A DNA stretch of 64,000 bases, from contig NC_068999.1 in assembly GCF_001194135.2 (NCBI RefSeq), forward strand, positions 32,829,910 through 32,893,909, written 5' to 3'. The notes under the pieces are model-generated. The model was not told where the DNA came from. It ran no database searches and was given only the letters and a program-made list of their open reading frames with translations. Numbering within the stretch: position 1 is the first letter of the stretch; each line of letters starts with the position of its first letter. A program made the translations under genes and the position numbers. This document shows positions 37,950 through 51,130 of this stretch, piece after piece. The stretch comes from Octopus bimaculoides (Eukaryota).

Positions 37950-38245
37950 TAGCTTTTTACATGTTGCGCAACGTAAAAAGCAGCTGTGCCAGCATCACAT
38001 AATAAGCTCCTATGCCGCAGCCATTTAAGAAGCCCCTGAACCAGCATCAAGTAATAAGCACCTGTGCCAGCACCATGTGATAAGCTCTCATGCCAGTGCC
38101 ACAGAAAAGCACCTTATACCAGCACCATGTAAAAAGCACCCAGTACACTCTGTAAAGTGGTTGGTGTTAGAGAGGGCATCCAGCCATGGAAACTATGCCA
38201 AAACAGACGAATGGTGCCTGGTGCAGCCCTCCTTCCAGGAGTCAA
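37950..38245 (+). mobile_element. RTE 3'UTR-type repeat with internal sub-repeats
   Basis: Several gtgccagcac/aagcacc sub-repeats, then cagtacactctgtaaagtggttggtgttagagagggcatccagcc. Confidence 0.65.
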
Positions 38246-38829
38246 ATATCAGTCAAACACCGAGGTTTATAAATTTGACTGCCCCTTTCTTTCAAATATG
38301 AGACCTCGTGTCTTGTGTAAGAAATCAATATTTTTTTGTTGGAATACTTGCAGTATGAAAGGACTGGACCCAAAGCTTTTATGTGGCTGTTCATTTTTCT
38401 TTTTTTGTTGTAATGTGTGTGTGATGTTTAATGACTATGGATTGTTGTTGGTTATGAACAAAGGTGATGGGAGTGTAGCAGTGGTAGTGGTGATTTTGAT
38501 GTGTTATTGAGGCAGTGATGGTGGTGGTTTTTATGTGGTGCAGTTATGGTTTTTGATGTATTGTGGTGGATATGGTGATTTGGATGCATAGTGGAGGTGG
38601 TGGTGGTAGAGGTGGTATTGAGATGTGTTAGTAGTGTTGCTGTTTCATGATAGTTTAATGATGAAGGAGTAGTTGGTAGTGGTAGCAGTATGTACAGGAG
38701 AAGACATTGGTGGTGTAGTCATGGTGATAGTAGTAAGGTTTTGTGCTGTGTCATCACAGTAACTGTTTCATCCCACCTCAGTAATGACCAATGTTATAAA
38801 GGTGTTCCAGCCATGACTATCCCATTTTA

Positions 38830-38893
38830 TATTCAGTGTATCTTAAACTACATTATTCAGTGTATCTTAAACTACATTATTCAGTGTATCTTA
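38830..38893. repeat. Perfect 24-bp tandem repeat, 2.7 copies
   Basis: tattcagtgtatcttaaactacat twice plus a partial third copy. Confidence 0.95.
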
Positions 38894-39105
38894 GTCTTTT
38901 AAAGACATTAGGGTGTGATTTCAGGGAGATTTGGCTACTATTTCAATTAGTTCAAATGACCACATGGAGTANNNNNNNNNNATTTAGTTGCTATTTCTAA
39001 CTGATTAAGCAACTATGCAGAGGTTCTCTTTTGTGTATAGTGGCATGTAATAGCATAACTATATTACAATGGTTTAGCTATGTGTGTAGTAGTATAATTG
39101 CAATG

Positions 39106-40373
39106 TATTGAGTCATCCCATAAATAATGCACATTTTTTATACTTTTATTTTTCAAAATTAAGATAAACAAAGTTCTTTTTTAATCTAAAATATACTCTC
39201 CTTCATTTTCTACAATGCTCTTCCATCTATCTGGTAGACTTGCAAGGCCCCTCTTCCAATATCCACTTGTCTGTGATGAAAAATACGCCTCCAGTTCTGT
39301 TCTGACCTCCTCTACAGAATTCATATTTTTTCTGTCCAAATGATTTTGAAAACCACAGAATAAATGATAATCAGATGGGGCAATGTCCAACAAATATGGA
39401 AGGGGCATCATTTCCCATTCAAACTGTTCCAGCCTTTGGAATGTCATCCTCACTGTATGTGGCCGAGCATTATCCTGATGGAAGAACACCTTTCGTCTTG
39501 AAATCAAAGATGGTCGTTTTCCTTCTAGTGCTGACTTAGGCTGCTCAAGCTGCTCACAGTAGATATCCTTTATTATCATTTGGTTTGGGTTTAAAAATTC
39601 AAAGTGGACTAAGCCTTTCATTTCCCACGAAACAGATAACAACACTTTACATGGGTGAAGACCTTCTTTAGCCTAGAGTGCCAGTGTTTCTCCTTTCCCT
39701 ACCCACTGTCTTTGGCGCTTGACAGTTTTATAGAGAACCCATTTCTCATCACTATTCAGTCAAAAAAAAAGGTTCATTCATGAGACATGACAGCAAAGAA
39801 AAGCATACATTCACTCTCTGCGCACGATTAGACTCGGAAAGTTTGTGAGGAACCCATTGACCCAATTTGCTGACTTTTCCGATGACATGCAGGTGTCGAT
39901 GAATGGTTGAATTACCAAATCCAAGCTTCTCTGCTAGTTCCTCAATGGTTACAATGGGATTTTGTTCCATCAGGGTTTGCAGGATGTCCTTGTTGAGCTC
40001 TACAGATCTTCCAATACATGGCTCGTCTTCTGGGCTGTAGTTTCCAGTTCAGAATTTCTGGAACCACTGTTGACACTGGCTTATGCTTATTGTCCAATCC
40101 CCGTATACTGCACTTTCCATTGTGTTGTTGCTTTTATTGAACTCATAAAGCAAATTATACCAAATATGTTCCTTTGTCACTTCCATTATAGTTTTGAAAA
40201 AATTACTGCAAAATTCGAACTGCACTCTTCAAAACTTGCACTAAAAGTAAGTACAAGGTAAAATCACTACCTGGCTTCATAGCAAGTTGATGCAGGTAGT
40301 TTATCCCATCCCTCTCTGACTTTTAGTTCATGCAATTGAAAAAAAAACACATTATTTATGGGATGACCCAATA
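39106..40373 (-). mobile_element. Near full-length mariner transposon (second lineage, mellifera-like)
   Basis: TA-flanked TIRs TATTG(A/G)GTCATCCCATAAATAATG with one mismatch, enclosing a decayed transposase. Confidence 0.93.
39181..40186 (-). pseudogene. Mariner transposase pseudogene
   Basis: MEVTKEHIW.., IGKVSKLGQWVPHKLSE, SDEKW, HQDNARPH, YLLDIAPSDYHLF, WKSIVENEGEYILD*. Has stops, a frameshift in a T-run near 39765, and 33 residues between the last two Asp. Confidence 0.92.
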
Positions 40374-41494
40374 TGATGGTAAAACTGTGGTGTGTTGTAC
40401 AGTTAGCATGTATGGTATAGATGTGGTGTGCAGTGGTATAACTACAGTGCATAGTACTATAACCATGTGCATTGGTAATGATACAGTGTTTGCTGGGATA
40501 GGTGTGGTGGTAGTGGAGGAGTTAATTCCATGTAATCTATGAATCGTTGCTAGGTCAAATGTTATTCTAATGTTCCATACACTTGTTGTTTATCACATTA
40601 TCCCATCATGGATTATCTTAGACCAGATTAATGTCACCAATCTAAACTCCTAACTAATCTGGATCACACTCACTTTTTACATTCTTCAGTTCTCTCTATA
40701 ATATCTCAACCTACTTCTAACTCTCCCTTCTCTCTCTTTTTCTCTCTCCTTTCCTTTAACTTACTTCTGTTTCTTTTCTTTAATTCTCTGCCTGCTATCT
40801 TTTTTTCATTTCCCTTCTTTCTTTCAGCCTCTCTCTTTCTTTATGTATCTGTCTTTGTTTTTGCCTCCCTATCTCTCTCTCTCAAACATGCATATGCATA
40901 CTTATTTAGACACTCCAACACATATGCATACATCAAACATACATATTTACATACAGTCTAGCACAACTCACATACACGCAGACATGTCGACTTATCCACC
41001 TCCATTTTTTCGGCTATCTCTTCTTCCTCCTCATTCTCTCTCACTATTATTACAACCCTACATAACCTTGTACCCCTATATAACCTAACATATTTTATTA
41101 CTACATTCCTCTATCCTCACCCGCCTCCTCACCACCATCAACCACTCTTACTTCACAACTGAAACAACTGCTATGTTGTTCCTGGAAATCTTCATTTATA
41201 TAATGCTCTGTAACAATGCATTGACATATATTAGTGTAACTGATGATGAGTGGTGGGGAAGAGTAATGTTGTTATATAAAATACTACAAGGTTATTAAGG
41301 AGAGAAGAATATTATGCATTCACTCTGTAAAGTGGATGGTATTAGGAAAGGCATCCTGTCATAGAAACTGTTAAAGATGAATGTTTCAGTGAGACACAGT
41401 TTCTGACAAAATTCTGTAACTCTAAATAAGGATTTAATCATAGTATGACAACTCAACCAAGCCATACCCGCTTGAAAGACAGAAATATAATCAT

Positions 41495-41765
41495 CATTAT
41501 ACATCTGTTTTCTATGCTGGTATGGGTTGGACAGTTTAACAGGAGCTGTACCAGGTTTCATAGTCTTTTTTGGCTTGGTTTCCATGGCAGGATGCCTTTT
41601 CTTATGCCAGTTACTCCACAAAGTGTACTGGATGCTTTTTATGTGGAACCCTCACCAGTGCTTTTTAAGTAGCACCAATACTTTTTAAGGGGCACCAGTG
41701 CTTTTAAGCTGCACTAGCCCTTTTAAGCTGCACTAGCCCTTTTTATGTGTCACCAGCACCCATAC
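41495..41765 (-). mobile_element. RTE 3'UTR-type repeat with about 20-bp internal tandem units
   Basis: catctgttttctatgctggtatgggttggacagttt...ggatgccttttc...then repeated ttttaag..gcac(c/t)ag units. Confidence 0.65.
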
Positions 41766-42125
41766 CAAGGCTTTTGTGTGGGACCTTGGTTTTAGGATCT
41801 CAATTCTGTTAATGAGAGGTGATGACTGCATACTCTCCTTTACCATTACAGTCAGTATAGTAATAATCAGTAACTATCAATCTCAATTACATGTGGTGTT
41901 ATGTGTAACTGGGAAATAGCAGTTTGATGTAACACACTGTTGTGTGCCACTCAGGTAACACGCAGTTGTATGCTGCCAATGTAACTGTGTTCCACTATAA
42001 TTGCTGCTCTGTGTTACCAGTATAACTTGCAACTGTGTGCCACAATTGTAACATACAACTGTGTATCACCTGTGTAACAAGCATTTGTGCACAATTAAAG
42101 TAATGTTCAGTTGTGCCACCAGTGC

Positions 42126-42423
42126 TGAGACCCTCTTCGGTCATGACTGACCATGGGATTGCACCTAGAAAGTTACCCTCCTAGGCACAAGTCTGGGCAA
42201 GGTTGTTTATGGAAGACCAGCAGTCGTCCATGCATACCGGCCTCCCTTCTCCACGCCACCAGTGTTATCCAAGGGAAAGGCAAAGGGTGATAGAGTTTGG
42301 CACCTGTGACGTCGCAACTCATTTCTACAGCTGAGTGAACTGGAGCAATGCAGGATTCGAACTCAACTCACAGCCTCACGATCGTAAGCTTGACGCTCTA
42401 ACCACTGAGCCATGCGCCTTCAC
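42126..42423 (-). mobile_element. SINE family A with an internal deletion
   Basis: Reverse match from the head (gtgaaggcgcatggctcagtggttagag) to the 3' end (catgaccgaagagggtctc). Lacks about 45 nt after the B box. Confidence 0.88.
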
Positions 42424-42560
42424 TATAGCATGCCACCAGTATAACATGCATTTTTGTGCTACTTGTGTAACATTTTTGTGACACTAGTCCTTGATACAAT
42501 TGTGTACTTGCATATATTAACATTGTACTCCTACTCGCATGTATATATTTTCGAGTATGC

Positions 42561-42626
<66 letters not shown>

Positions 42627-42728
42627 GCACATATACGTACATATATATATATATACATACATACATTCACATATGCACATTTGTGTGTATATAGACACAG
42701 ACATTCACACACTCACCTCCCTCTCTTT

Positions 42729-42772
<44 letters not shown>

Positions 42773-44473
42773 TTTTTATATTTACAATTTGTGACTTAAA
42801 TCTGTATTACTTAAAGTTTCACAGATATAAAATAAACAAGTCTGTTCAAATAATATCAATCTAAGTGGTGAGGAAGCCAGAAGTTCTTAACAAGGTTATT
42901 ATCATTGAATAATGTATGAATTTTGTTCCTATTTAGTTAGTTCTTGTTACATGATGGAGCCAATAGTCAGATTATTGGTAAATGACATCTAGATGTTATA
43001 TAGCATCTGCTGAGTGGGAAACCGCTGCCAAATGGGCAAAAATTAAGTTCTGGCTCCTTTGTTTTCATTAGAAATTCCAATAAATTTCTAGTAAAAGTTT
43101 TAGTAAACGTTATGGAACAGTGCTATAATCTAATTGCTTAAAATTTGCTCATACTGAGCTCCATTAATGACAGCAGTAAGTAAATTGAACCTTTTTGTTA
43201 AGGGACATGGCAAGCTGTTTTAGTCTGTGCTGTTTCTCAGTAAAACAAAAACTGCAGTTTACCTAGTTTGAGGGAATAAAGAGGCAGGGGAGGGCATTCT
43301 CAAGTACACTTCATGTTATACTGTGTGGGTCCTTTTCCTGGTCCTGAAGTTTAGATAAAACGACACAGAGATGGAGAGTTTCTTTCTCTCACTCCTTCAA
43401 TATTCTTTCACTTTTGTTTTCCTTCTCCATCACCTTCTCTCTCTTCTGCCTGCTGCTCCATCTATTGGCTGGTGTGTCTTTTACTAGTTCATTTCCATGT
43501 TCTTTGTTCCACATGGCTGCACTCAGTTAATATTTCATTCTCGCTCAACTGATTTCTCTGCTGGATGAAGGAAAAAAAAATAAAACTGGACATTGAGGCT
43601 GTTCCTGGGAGATCTTAAATATATTGTCCTGTGTGTGTCTGTGTATGCCTCAGTCTCAGTATTCTTAGATGATCTTAATGCATTGCCTGTTTGTGTGTGT
43701 TTCTGTCTGCCTCTGTATGTGTCTTTTCTATGTGTGCTTATAGATGTTTGTAGCAGATCTTAATGGTTTGTCCTTTATGTATCTCTCTTTCTCTCTCTCT
43801 CTGTTTGTGTAATGGTATGTGTATTATGAGAGTGTGTGGTGGTGTACTCTGTTTAGCAATGTGCATGTGTTGTGTCATGGTGTAGTAGTATGGTGTGAGT
43901 GGTGTTTTTGTATGTATGTATGTATGGGTGGGTGTGTTATAGTATGGTATTTTTGGTGGCATGGTGTGTAGCAGTGTGGTTACTTTTTATTCATATATTC
44001 TGCAAAAATGGTTTCTTCCCTCCTCTCCCCGTCCTCTTTCTTGCTCTTCTTTCTTTTCTATTTGTCATTGGGCATTCATTTACTTGTGTGCACACTCACT
44101 CTCTCATACTTGTTATATATATATATATATATATATACATAGTGAGCATCAATAATCTGTCCAACCAGACCCATGCCAACATTGAAAGAAGTTGGACATA
44201 AAGCCTCAATGATCGGACACACACAGTATATCTATATACAGTGAAAGATTTACACATACTATCACAGAATTACTCATATGATGGTATTTTTGTACACACA
44301 CATAACTATATATATTGGTTGTGATGGTCACCACAGCTCCTCCTCCTCCTCCATTCTCTTGCATAAAGGGGGCAGTAAGAGGTAACAGACAAAGGTGGGG
44401 ATCTACAACAGGTGTTAACATTGTGAGGTTAAGAATAAATAAATTATGATGATTGTCATGATTATCATCTTTG

Positions 44474-44511
<38 letters not shown>

Positions 44512-44649
44512 GTAGTTATCTTAACATAAATCTATGAATTGTCTGAATATATTGGCTGTAGCTGTAGGAAATAGAATCAATTGTTTCTTTATTTTATGCT
44601 ACAAGGAGTTAGCTATCTCTACTAAGATAGGTCTGCAATAAACTTTTAT

Positions 44650-44880
44650 GTTGGATTGGTTATGTATGCTGTAGACTGATACAATGGGTTGACTTAGTTT
44701 GCTGTAGAATTACTATAATGGGTTGACTATAGACTGCTACATTGGATTGGTTAGATTTGTAATAAACCACTTTGATTGGTTAGCTACAGCTGGTTGGTTA
44801 TATTTGCAGTAGACTGCTTTAATGGTTTGGATACATCTGTAATAAACTGCTACTATGAACCGGCTAGGTTTGTAAAATAC
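44650..44880. repeat. Degenerate about 30-bp minisatellite
   Basis: Recurring ttg(g/a)ttggtta..tgc(a/t)gtagactgct units. Confidence 0.55.
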
Positions 44881-45299
44881 TGTCTTTTTTTTTGTATACC
44901 ATCAACTTTATGCTCTCATTCTTCAATCCTAATGTATCCAGATACCATATTTCACTGATCACACCCAGATTTACCTCTTCTAGCAACCACTGTTTATTTG
45001 AACCGACGAGGGAATTCACTACTTGGTTACCCAGTCTGCTAGAAATACCTACCATATATCCTTCAAACTGCTCCCTGCTGTTTTTAAAAGGAAGGAGACA
45101 TTAAGGAATCCAGTTTTAGATGCACTATGTCAAGACTAAAAAAAAAAAAAGAAAGGTTTGTCATGGTTGGAATGAATAACTTTGATTTTTGGTCTTCTGG
45201 ATGAATGCTGACTAACAGCTAAACAAAAACAACCAGCACCACTGCAGTCTGACTGATATATATGCACAGAAATCCATGTTTATGACCCACAGTTGAACA

Positions 45300-46230
45300 G
45301 ACTCTGTTGTATCTCTGGTCTCGTGAAAGGAGCAAATGTTGCAAACTAACTTGCCACTCAGATCTTTGACTTGCCGTTCATTAGTACTCTTGAATCTAAG
45401 CACAGATGTGGGTGATCAACGGCTGAATTAGTGGAGCCACAAACAGAAGTTGGACAACTTTTCAATAATTGATGACAATTGTATAGACAGCCAATCATTT
45501 GTTGAACACTTTTATAGGTACACATCACACATTGAGGTGAAAATCAACACAGCTGAAGTAATTATTGTTTCTGCTAACATCTTGTCCACAGAAAGAATGT
45601 CATGCACAGAAGCAAGAATCTGGGAGAGGTCAATGAGTTCATGTACATTGACACACCCTTCACTGTCCATAGGCCAGAGTAAAGATGTGTCCACATTAAC
45701 TGGACAGGTATAGCATACTATCTTCTAAGAGACCAACTTTGGCTTGAGACAGAAATCCTTGTAGCCTCAAACCTTTACATCTTCCAACCACTTATTCACA
45801 CTATGCTGCAGTATGGCTGTTAGGCTTGGCCAACAAGAATGGTGAACTTACATAAGCTGAAAGTATTTGACTATTTTGACCTTCACCAAATGCTCCACAT
45901 TTGCACTTTTAATTTTGTATCAAACTCCCTAAGTTTATCGTTATTGCTTGAATGGTTACCTTTAATGACTCTTGCTGAAAAGGTGTTTCTATTGGTTTGA
46001 CCATACACTCCAGTATCCATGAAGTGAACTTATCTGTGGTACTGCTACATCTGAGCCCCTCTCGGGATAGTGTGAATGGTGAGGTGAACAGTTGAAAATG
46101 TAGATTAGCATAATTAAATTGAATCTTGGCTCAATTCCTTGTCATTGTCTCTATAGTGTCTATCAAATGGAATCATGACTGGTTAATGAACTCTGCATCA
46201 AGCATCTGTGACTGCTAAGCATGGTAATCT
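45300..46230 (+). mobile_element. RTE-clade LINE RT and C-terminal remnant (a different subfamily from the other RTE ends)
   Basis: VKINTAE, VNEFMYID, MLQYGC*AWPTRMVNLHKLKVFD (cf. LLYGCETW...L.VFD) and LKRCFYWFDHTLQYP (cf. RRLRWFGHVLR.P). May extend upstream to about 44900. Confidence 0.65.
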
Positions 46231-47569
46231 TCTTTCATAAAACTATAGATTCACTGTTTGGAACTAGTTTAATCTATCCCATGTGAATGTCGGTACAGAT
46301 GCATGTAAGTACATTTGCACTTAATTACATGAACTTTGTTTAATTAATTAAAAATATCTCTGAATTTCTGTAGAATTCTTTGTGATAAACTAACAACTTA
46401 TTTAGGTGGGATTTATCTCACATAGTAAGGAAAATTCAGTGAAGCTCTCACCCTGCAACTGGGTTTTGCAAAGATCAACTTACAAAATATATTCTTCAAG
46501 GACTAAGAACTCAAAAGCAGGTTTTGTTAAGTGACCCTGCTATGTTTGACTACCAACAGCATCACCACCACTATCTTCACCAGTCCATTATCATCACCAT
46601 CATCATAAACATTGTGCAGACATCTTGTTCTTCTGCCCAGTTCTGCTGACACCCCATCCATTTTTCTGTCCATTCCCTATCCATTAAATCCTCATTATTC
46701 TCCATAATTCCAACATCCCATATTCCAATAAACCATTTTAGATGAAGAATTCTTCTTCCTCCAGTTTATTAATCTAAGTGAGCAATTGAAGAGTTAATTA
46801 ATTGATTGCTAATGAGACTTTGTCTCTGTGTTTGTGTGAAAGAGTCACATGTATTCATGTGAATGTCAGTATCTTTGTGTGTGGATATTACCCCTGGAGG
46901 TAATATCCACTTTGTCTACTGTATTCCAGCCATTCAATGCTATAACAAAATTGGCTACAGTCTTTATAGATTAATTAATCAACTTAATTAGGCTTTCATC
47001 GCAGCACACTGGAGCTTCACATAATACAGATGCGTGTTCTGTAGTGTATGTAGTGATATAGAGTGAGTGGTGGTGGTGGTGGTGGTGGAAGCAGCAGTGG
47101 TGGCTGTGATGAAGACGGTATAAGGTGGAGCAAAGGTTTGGTGGCAGGGTGAAGCAGAAGTGATGGTGGTGGTGTGGGTAGAACAGAAAGATGTGGTGTT
47201 GAGATGGTACTAGAGGTTGGTAAACTTTAAATATCATCATTGATCATGATGATGATGTCTGCAGGTGTGTATGTTAACACTTACAGCATACAATACATAT
47301 TCACCAAAACTCACCAATGCTCCCCAGTGCCTAATCTGTAAATAGTTGCTGAGTATTTGATTTACTAATCTCATGGGATAGGTGTGATCAAGCAGAGCTA
47401 AATGAGGGGATATTCATTGCTTACAACATGTGGGACACACACACATTTACATGTATGCACACACACACACACACACACACTCTCTCTTTCTCTTTCTTTC
47501 TCTCTCTCATACACACTCACTGGCACATGCATTTATATACAGCAAAAGGATGTGCATACATTATGTATC

Positions 47570-47817
47570 TCTAGCTCAACCAGGGGCCACATGACCTGTG
47601 CAGGTCCACATAACACATTGCTGTTAAAATTTATGTGCAATAAATAGGTTATACTTCCACAATGTACAAAATATTTAACAATTTTTGTTATACAATTCCT
47701 AATAATATTTAATTATGAAAACATGATGGATATTTTTTAAATATTAAATGTTAGGGTCCAGTAATTTAAAATAGGAATCAAAGGGGTCCATAAGCAAAAA
47801 ATGGATGAGAACCACTG
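47570..47817. mobile_element. hAT/Charlie-like MITE, left TIR eroded
   Basis: Right end ggatgagaaccactg followed by ctctaaat; ctcaaccagggg left remnant; ggggtcca internal motifs shared with 57819-58210. Confidence 0.6.
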
Positions 47818-48144
47818 CTCTAAATGAACAGTGTTTGAATAAAAAAACAAGATGCCTGTGATTGGAACACCTGTATTTATTAGATCTACTTGATCAAGAC
47901 TGACTTAGAGTTTAACAAGAGCCTATTCTGTTTTTTATAAAACATCAACTCGATTTGGAGTAGCATCAATAGAGTAACATGAAAAAGACTACAGCAATAT
48001 TTTTTCAATCATTTTCTGCTACAGAGGGTATCCAGGCTGAATCATATTTAATTAGGGATTCCTTTATTTAATTTTATCTTCCTTCTTCCCACTTATCAGT
48101 CTATAAAATGTCATAGGCACTATCATTGCCTCCAGAGTTGAAGA

Positions 48145-48333
48145 TAACTAATAAGAAGAAGCGGAAAAACCTTTGAAGTGGGCTGAGGTGATTACATTGA
48201 TCCTAGTGCTCAACTGATACTTATTTTATCAACCTCTGAAGAATAAAAGACAAAGACCTCGATGGAATTTGAACGTAAAACTGGAAAAATGCTGCTAAGC
48301 ATTTTGTCCGGCATGATCATGATTCTGCCACAA
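48145..48333 (-). mobile_element. SINE family C, the only antisense copy found
   Basis: Reverse complement reads tggcagaatcatgatcatgccggacaaaatgcttagcagcatt...gataaaataagtatcagttgagcactaggatcaatgtaatc. Confidence 0.8.
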
Positions 48334-50228
48334 GTGTTTCAGACATTGAGGACAATAGAAGGGCAAAAATAAGAAATCCACAAACATGGAATTTATATCG
48401 AGAAAAAGGAGTATTTAAAAAAGAATTCAACAATAAAGAATTGCAAGAAATGTTCCCTAGTAGTGGAGAAGACCACCTGAGGTGATTCAGAGGAAACCAT
48501 TTTATAAAGTGCCTTTTCTTTGTTTCCTTCCTCCTACTCAGAAAAGCATACTCAAGATGTACCCGTTCAGCTTTGACAGTCCCACCATTTTCAGCAGCCT
48601 TTCATTAAACACATTAGAAGGCAGCACTTCCTTCTCTAATCACATCTTCATGTGCTACTTCAAGAGTTTGTGCAGAGAGAAAACTTTTGATTTCTCCCTT
48701 CTACCACCTCTCATATTTTGCTTGCATTCTTTGAAGTGAAAGTGGTCTAAGATAGATAGCACCAACACTTGGAACTCTAGAATCATACCTGTTTTATTCT
48801 GCTGGAAAGTGGATTTGCATGTTGTAACATCTCCATGCTCCTTCACCATTGCTACTGCTCTGCCTGGTTTCTTATCGAGTGGCACATTGGTGACCCATAT
48901 TTACATCATCCATTTCCCAAGTACTGTGAGATCATGATAACTTCTTGGAACAAGAAACATATATTGTACATTTCTGCCAATCTACAGCCCTATAATATGT
49001 GGATGTGCGTGTGTGTGTGTGTGTGTGTGTGAACACACAATCTGAGATTAAATCTTGCCTAGGTCAACTTTGCTTTACATCCTTTCAGAGTTGATAAAGT
49101 AGCAATCTTAACTGGATAATTAACAGAATGTTAAGATATTGAACAAGGTGCTTTGCAATTTCTGTCTCAGATTTCTGCATTCTGAGTTTAAATTCTGTAT
49201 ATTGTCTCTAAAAGAAAATGCAAAATGGTTTGTAAAGTCCATAACCCTTTGCCTTTCCAAAGAATTTTCATAACTTTGTCCTAAACATCCATGCTTGTTT
49301 TCAGACTTCTAGCTACCCTGGTTTCATATGTTCTGAGTAATATAAACCTTTCCTTTCATGAATCCCAAATTACTCTAATGGTTGAAAAAATTGTGAATTT
49401 GCATCATATGTGATGCATGAATGCCAGGGAAACATGTCTTCTGTATCATGTGATAAATAGGCAAAGGGCTAAGCAAGCGCCAAAGTATTTCATCTAATCA
49501 CCCTCAATGATAGTACATCAGCTGGTAGGACAAACTGGAAGGAAACTTTCAAGTCCTTTGCACTTAATGACATGATGTGTATGTGAATGATACTTGTGTT
49601 ATTCAAATTAGCAGTTATTCTTATCACACAAAATGCAGATACAGTACCACACACGTTTGCACATACCTTTACACATACGCACATATAAAACTCATATTCA
49701 CATAGGCACATTCATAAGCACATGCATAGTTACTCACACACACACGCACTGACAATTACTCTTTCTATCATACACACACACATCCTCACATGCACATTCT
49801 CATATACACACATCCTTACACAAGTTATACATGCATCCTTACATACAGACACACACACACTGACTCACGCTTCCCTGAGGAACCAATAAAAGTTCTCTGG
49901 AGCCAACTACCTACTGCCAATACACTGATTGGTGATTTATTACTAATTAACAAGTCAATTAAGACAGACTCCACTACCAACAGTACACACTAAGAAATCC
50001 ATTTAGCTACAACTGATGGCAGACAGCTATCTTGCCAAATTTAGGGGTTGATTTGGTAATTCTTTTATGAATAGTTTTTGCTGACATTAGTCTGGTGTAG
50101 TTAATGTTGTTGTTGTTGTTGCTGCTATGACTGTATATCTGATTCTGATGATCGTTATTTTTGAAATTAAGATGGTGAGATTTCAACAGAAACATGGTAA
50201 TGAACAGGTTAAACCCTTCTGTAATGGC

Positions 50229-50449
50229 TTAACCCCTTAGCATTTAAACCAGTCACATCCAGCCCAAATATTTTACCCGTTTTCTGTTTGAATCAGCCAG
50301 ATCCAATTTCTCACATGAACCTTACATCATTCTAAAAACAATCACATCATCAAAATATCAAAGCTGTGAGATGATGTCTTATTAATTCAAAGCAATGTGA
50401 ATAAATAAACATCGCATTTGACAGAGTAATCAGAATGCTAAAGGGTTAA
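50229..50449. mobile_element. piggyBac-like MITE (TTAA-flanked)
   Basis: TTAAccccttagcatttaaa ... aatgctaaagggTTAA, 221 bp. Confidence 0.8.
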
Positions 50450-50679
50450 AGTGCTATGATTGAGAATTGAGCACTGGTGGGCTCCTGTCTGCGTGCTAAA
50501 TCCATCATTGTGTTCATTGCATCTTGTTAATTGTGTTCATTGCATCTTGCTAACTGCACATCTGTATATGGTTTACATGACTCACACATGCCATTCATCT
50601 ATCCCTAACTTCCTTAGGAGCCACCATATTACAGTACATAGAATCTTGTCAAAGGCCTGTGTGTTTGTATGAGTTTAGG

Positions 50680-51130
50680 TACAGGCGTGGATTTGTGGTT
50701 AAAAAGTTTTACTTCCCAACTTCATGGTTTCAAGTTCAGTCCTATTCTGCATTACCTAGGACAAGTGTCCTCTGCTATAATTCCAGGCCAACCAATCAAA
50801 GGTTTATGAGTAGATTTGGGAAATGAAAACTGAAAGAAGCATTTATCATACATATGTATCTGTGAGTGTGTGTGTGTGTCTGTCTGTGTATTTTGTATTT
50901 CTATTTCTACTTCTTTAAAAATCAGTCACCAAGTCACAAATGGATTTTATAAAATGCTTAGCAGCATTTCATCAATTTTTATGTTCTGAGTTCAAATTCT
51001 GCTAAGGTCGGCTTTGCCTTTCATCCTTTCGGGCTCAATAAATTAAGTACCAGTCAAGCACTGGGTTCAATGTAATCAATTTACTCCCTCCCCTAAAATT
51101 TTCAGGCCTTGTGCCTATAGTAAAAAGGAA
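50680..51130 (+). mobile_element. SINE family B head (about 50680-50900) followed by SINE family C (about 50950-51130)
   Basis: ggcgtggatttgtggttaaaaagtttt..gttcagtcc; then aaaatgcttagcagcatt..ttctgagttcaaattctgc..caggccttgtgcctatagta. Confidence 0.75.
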
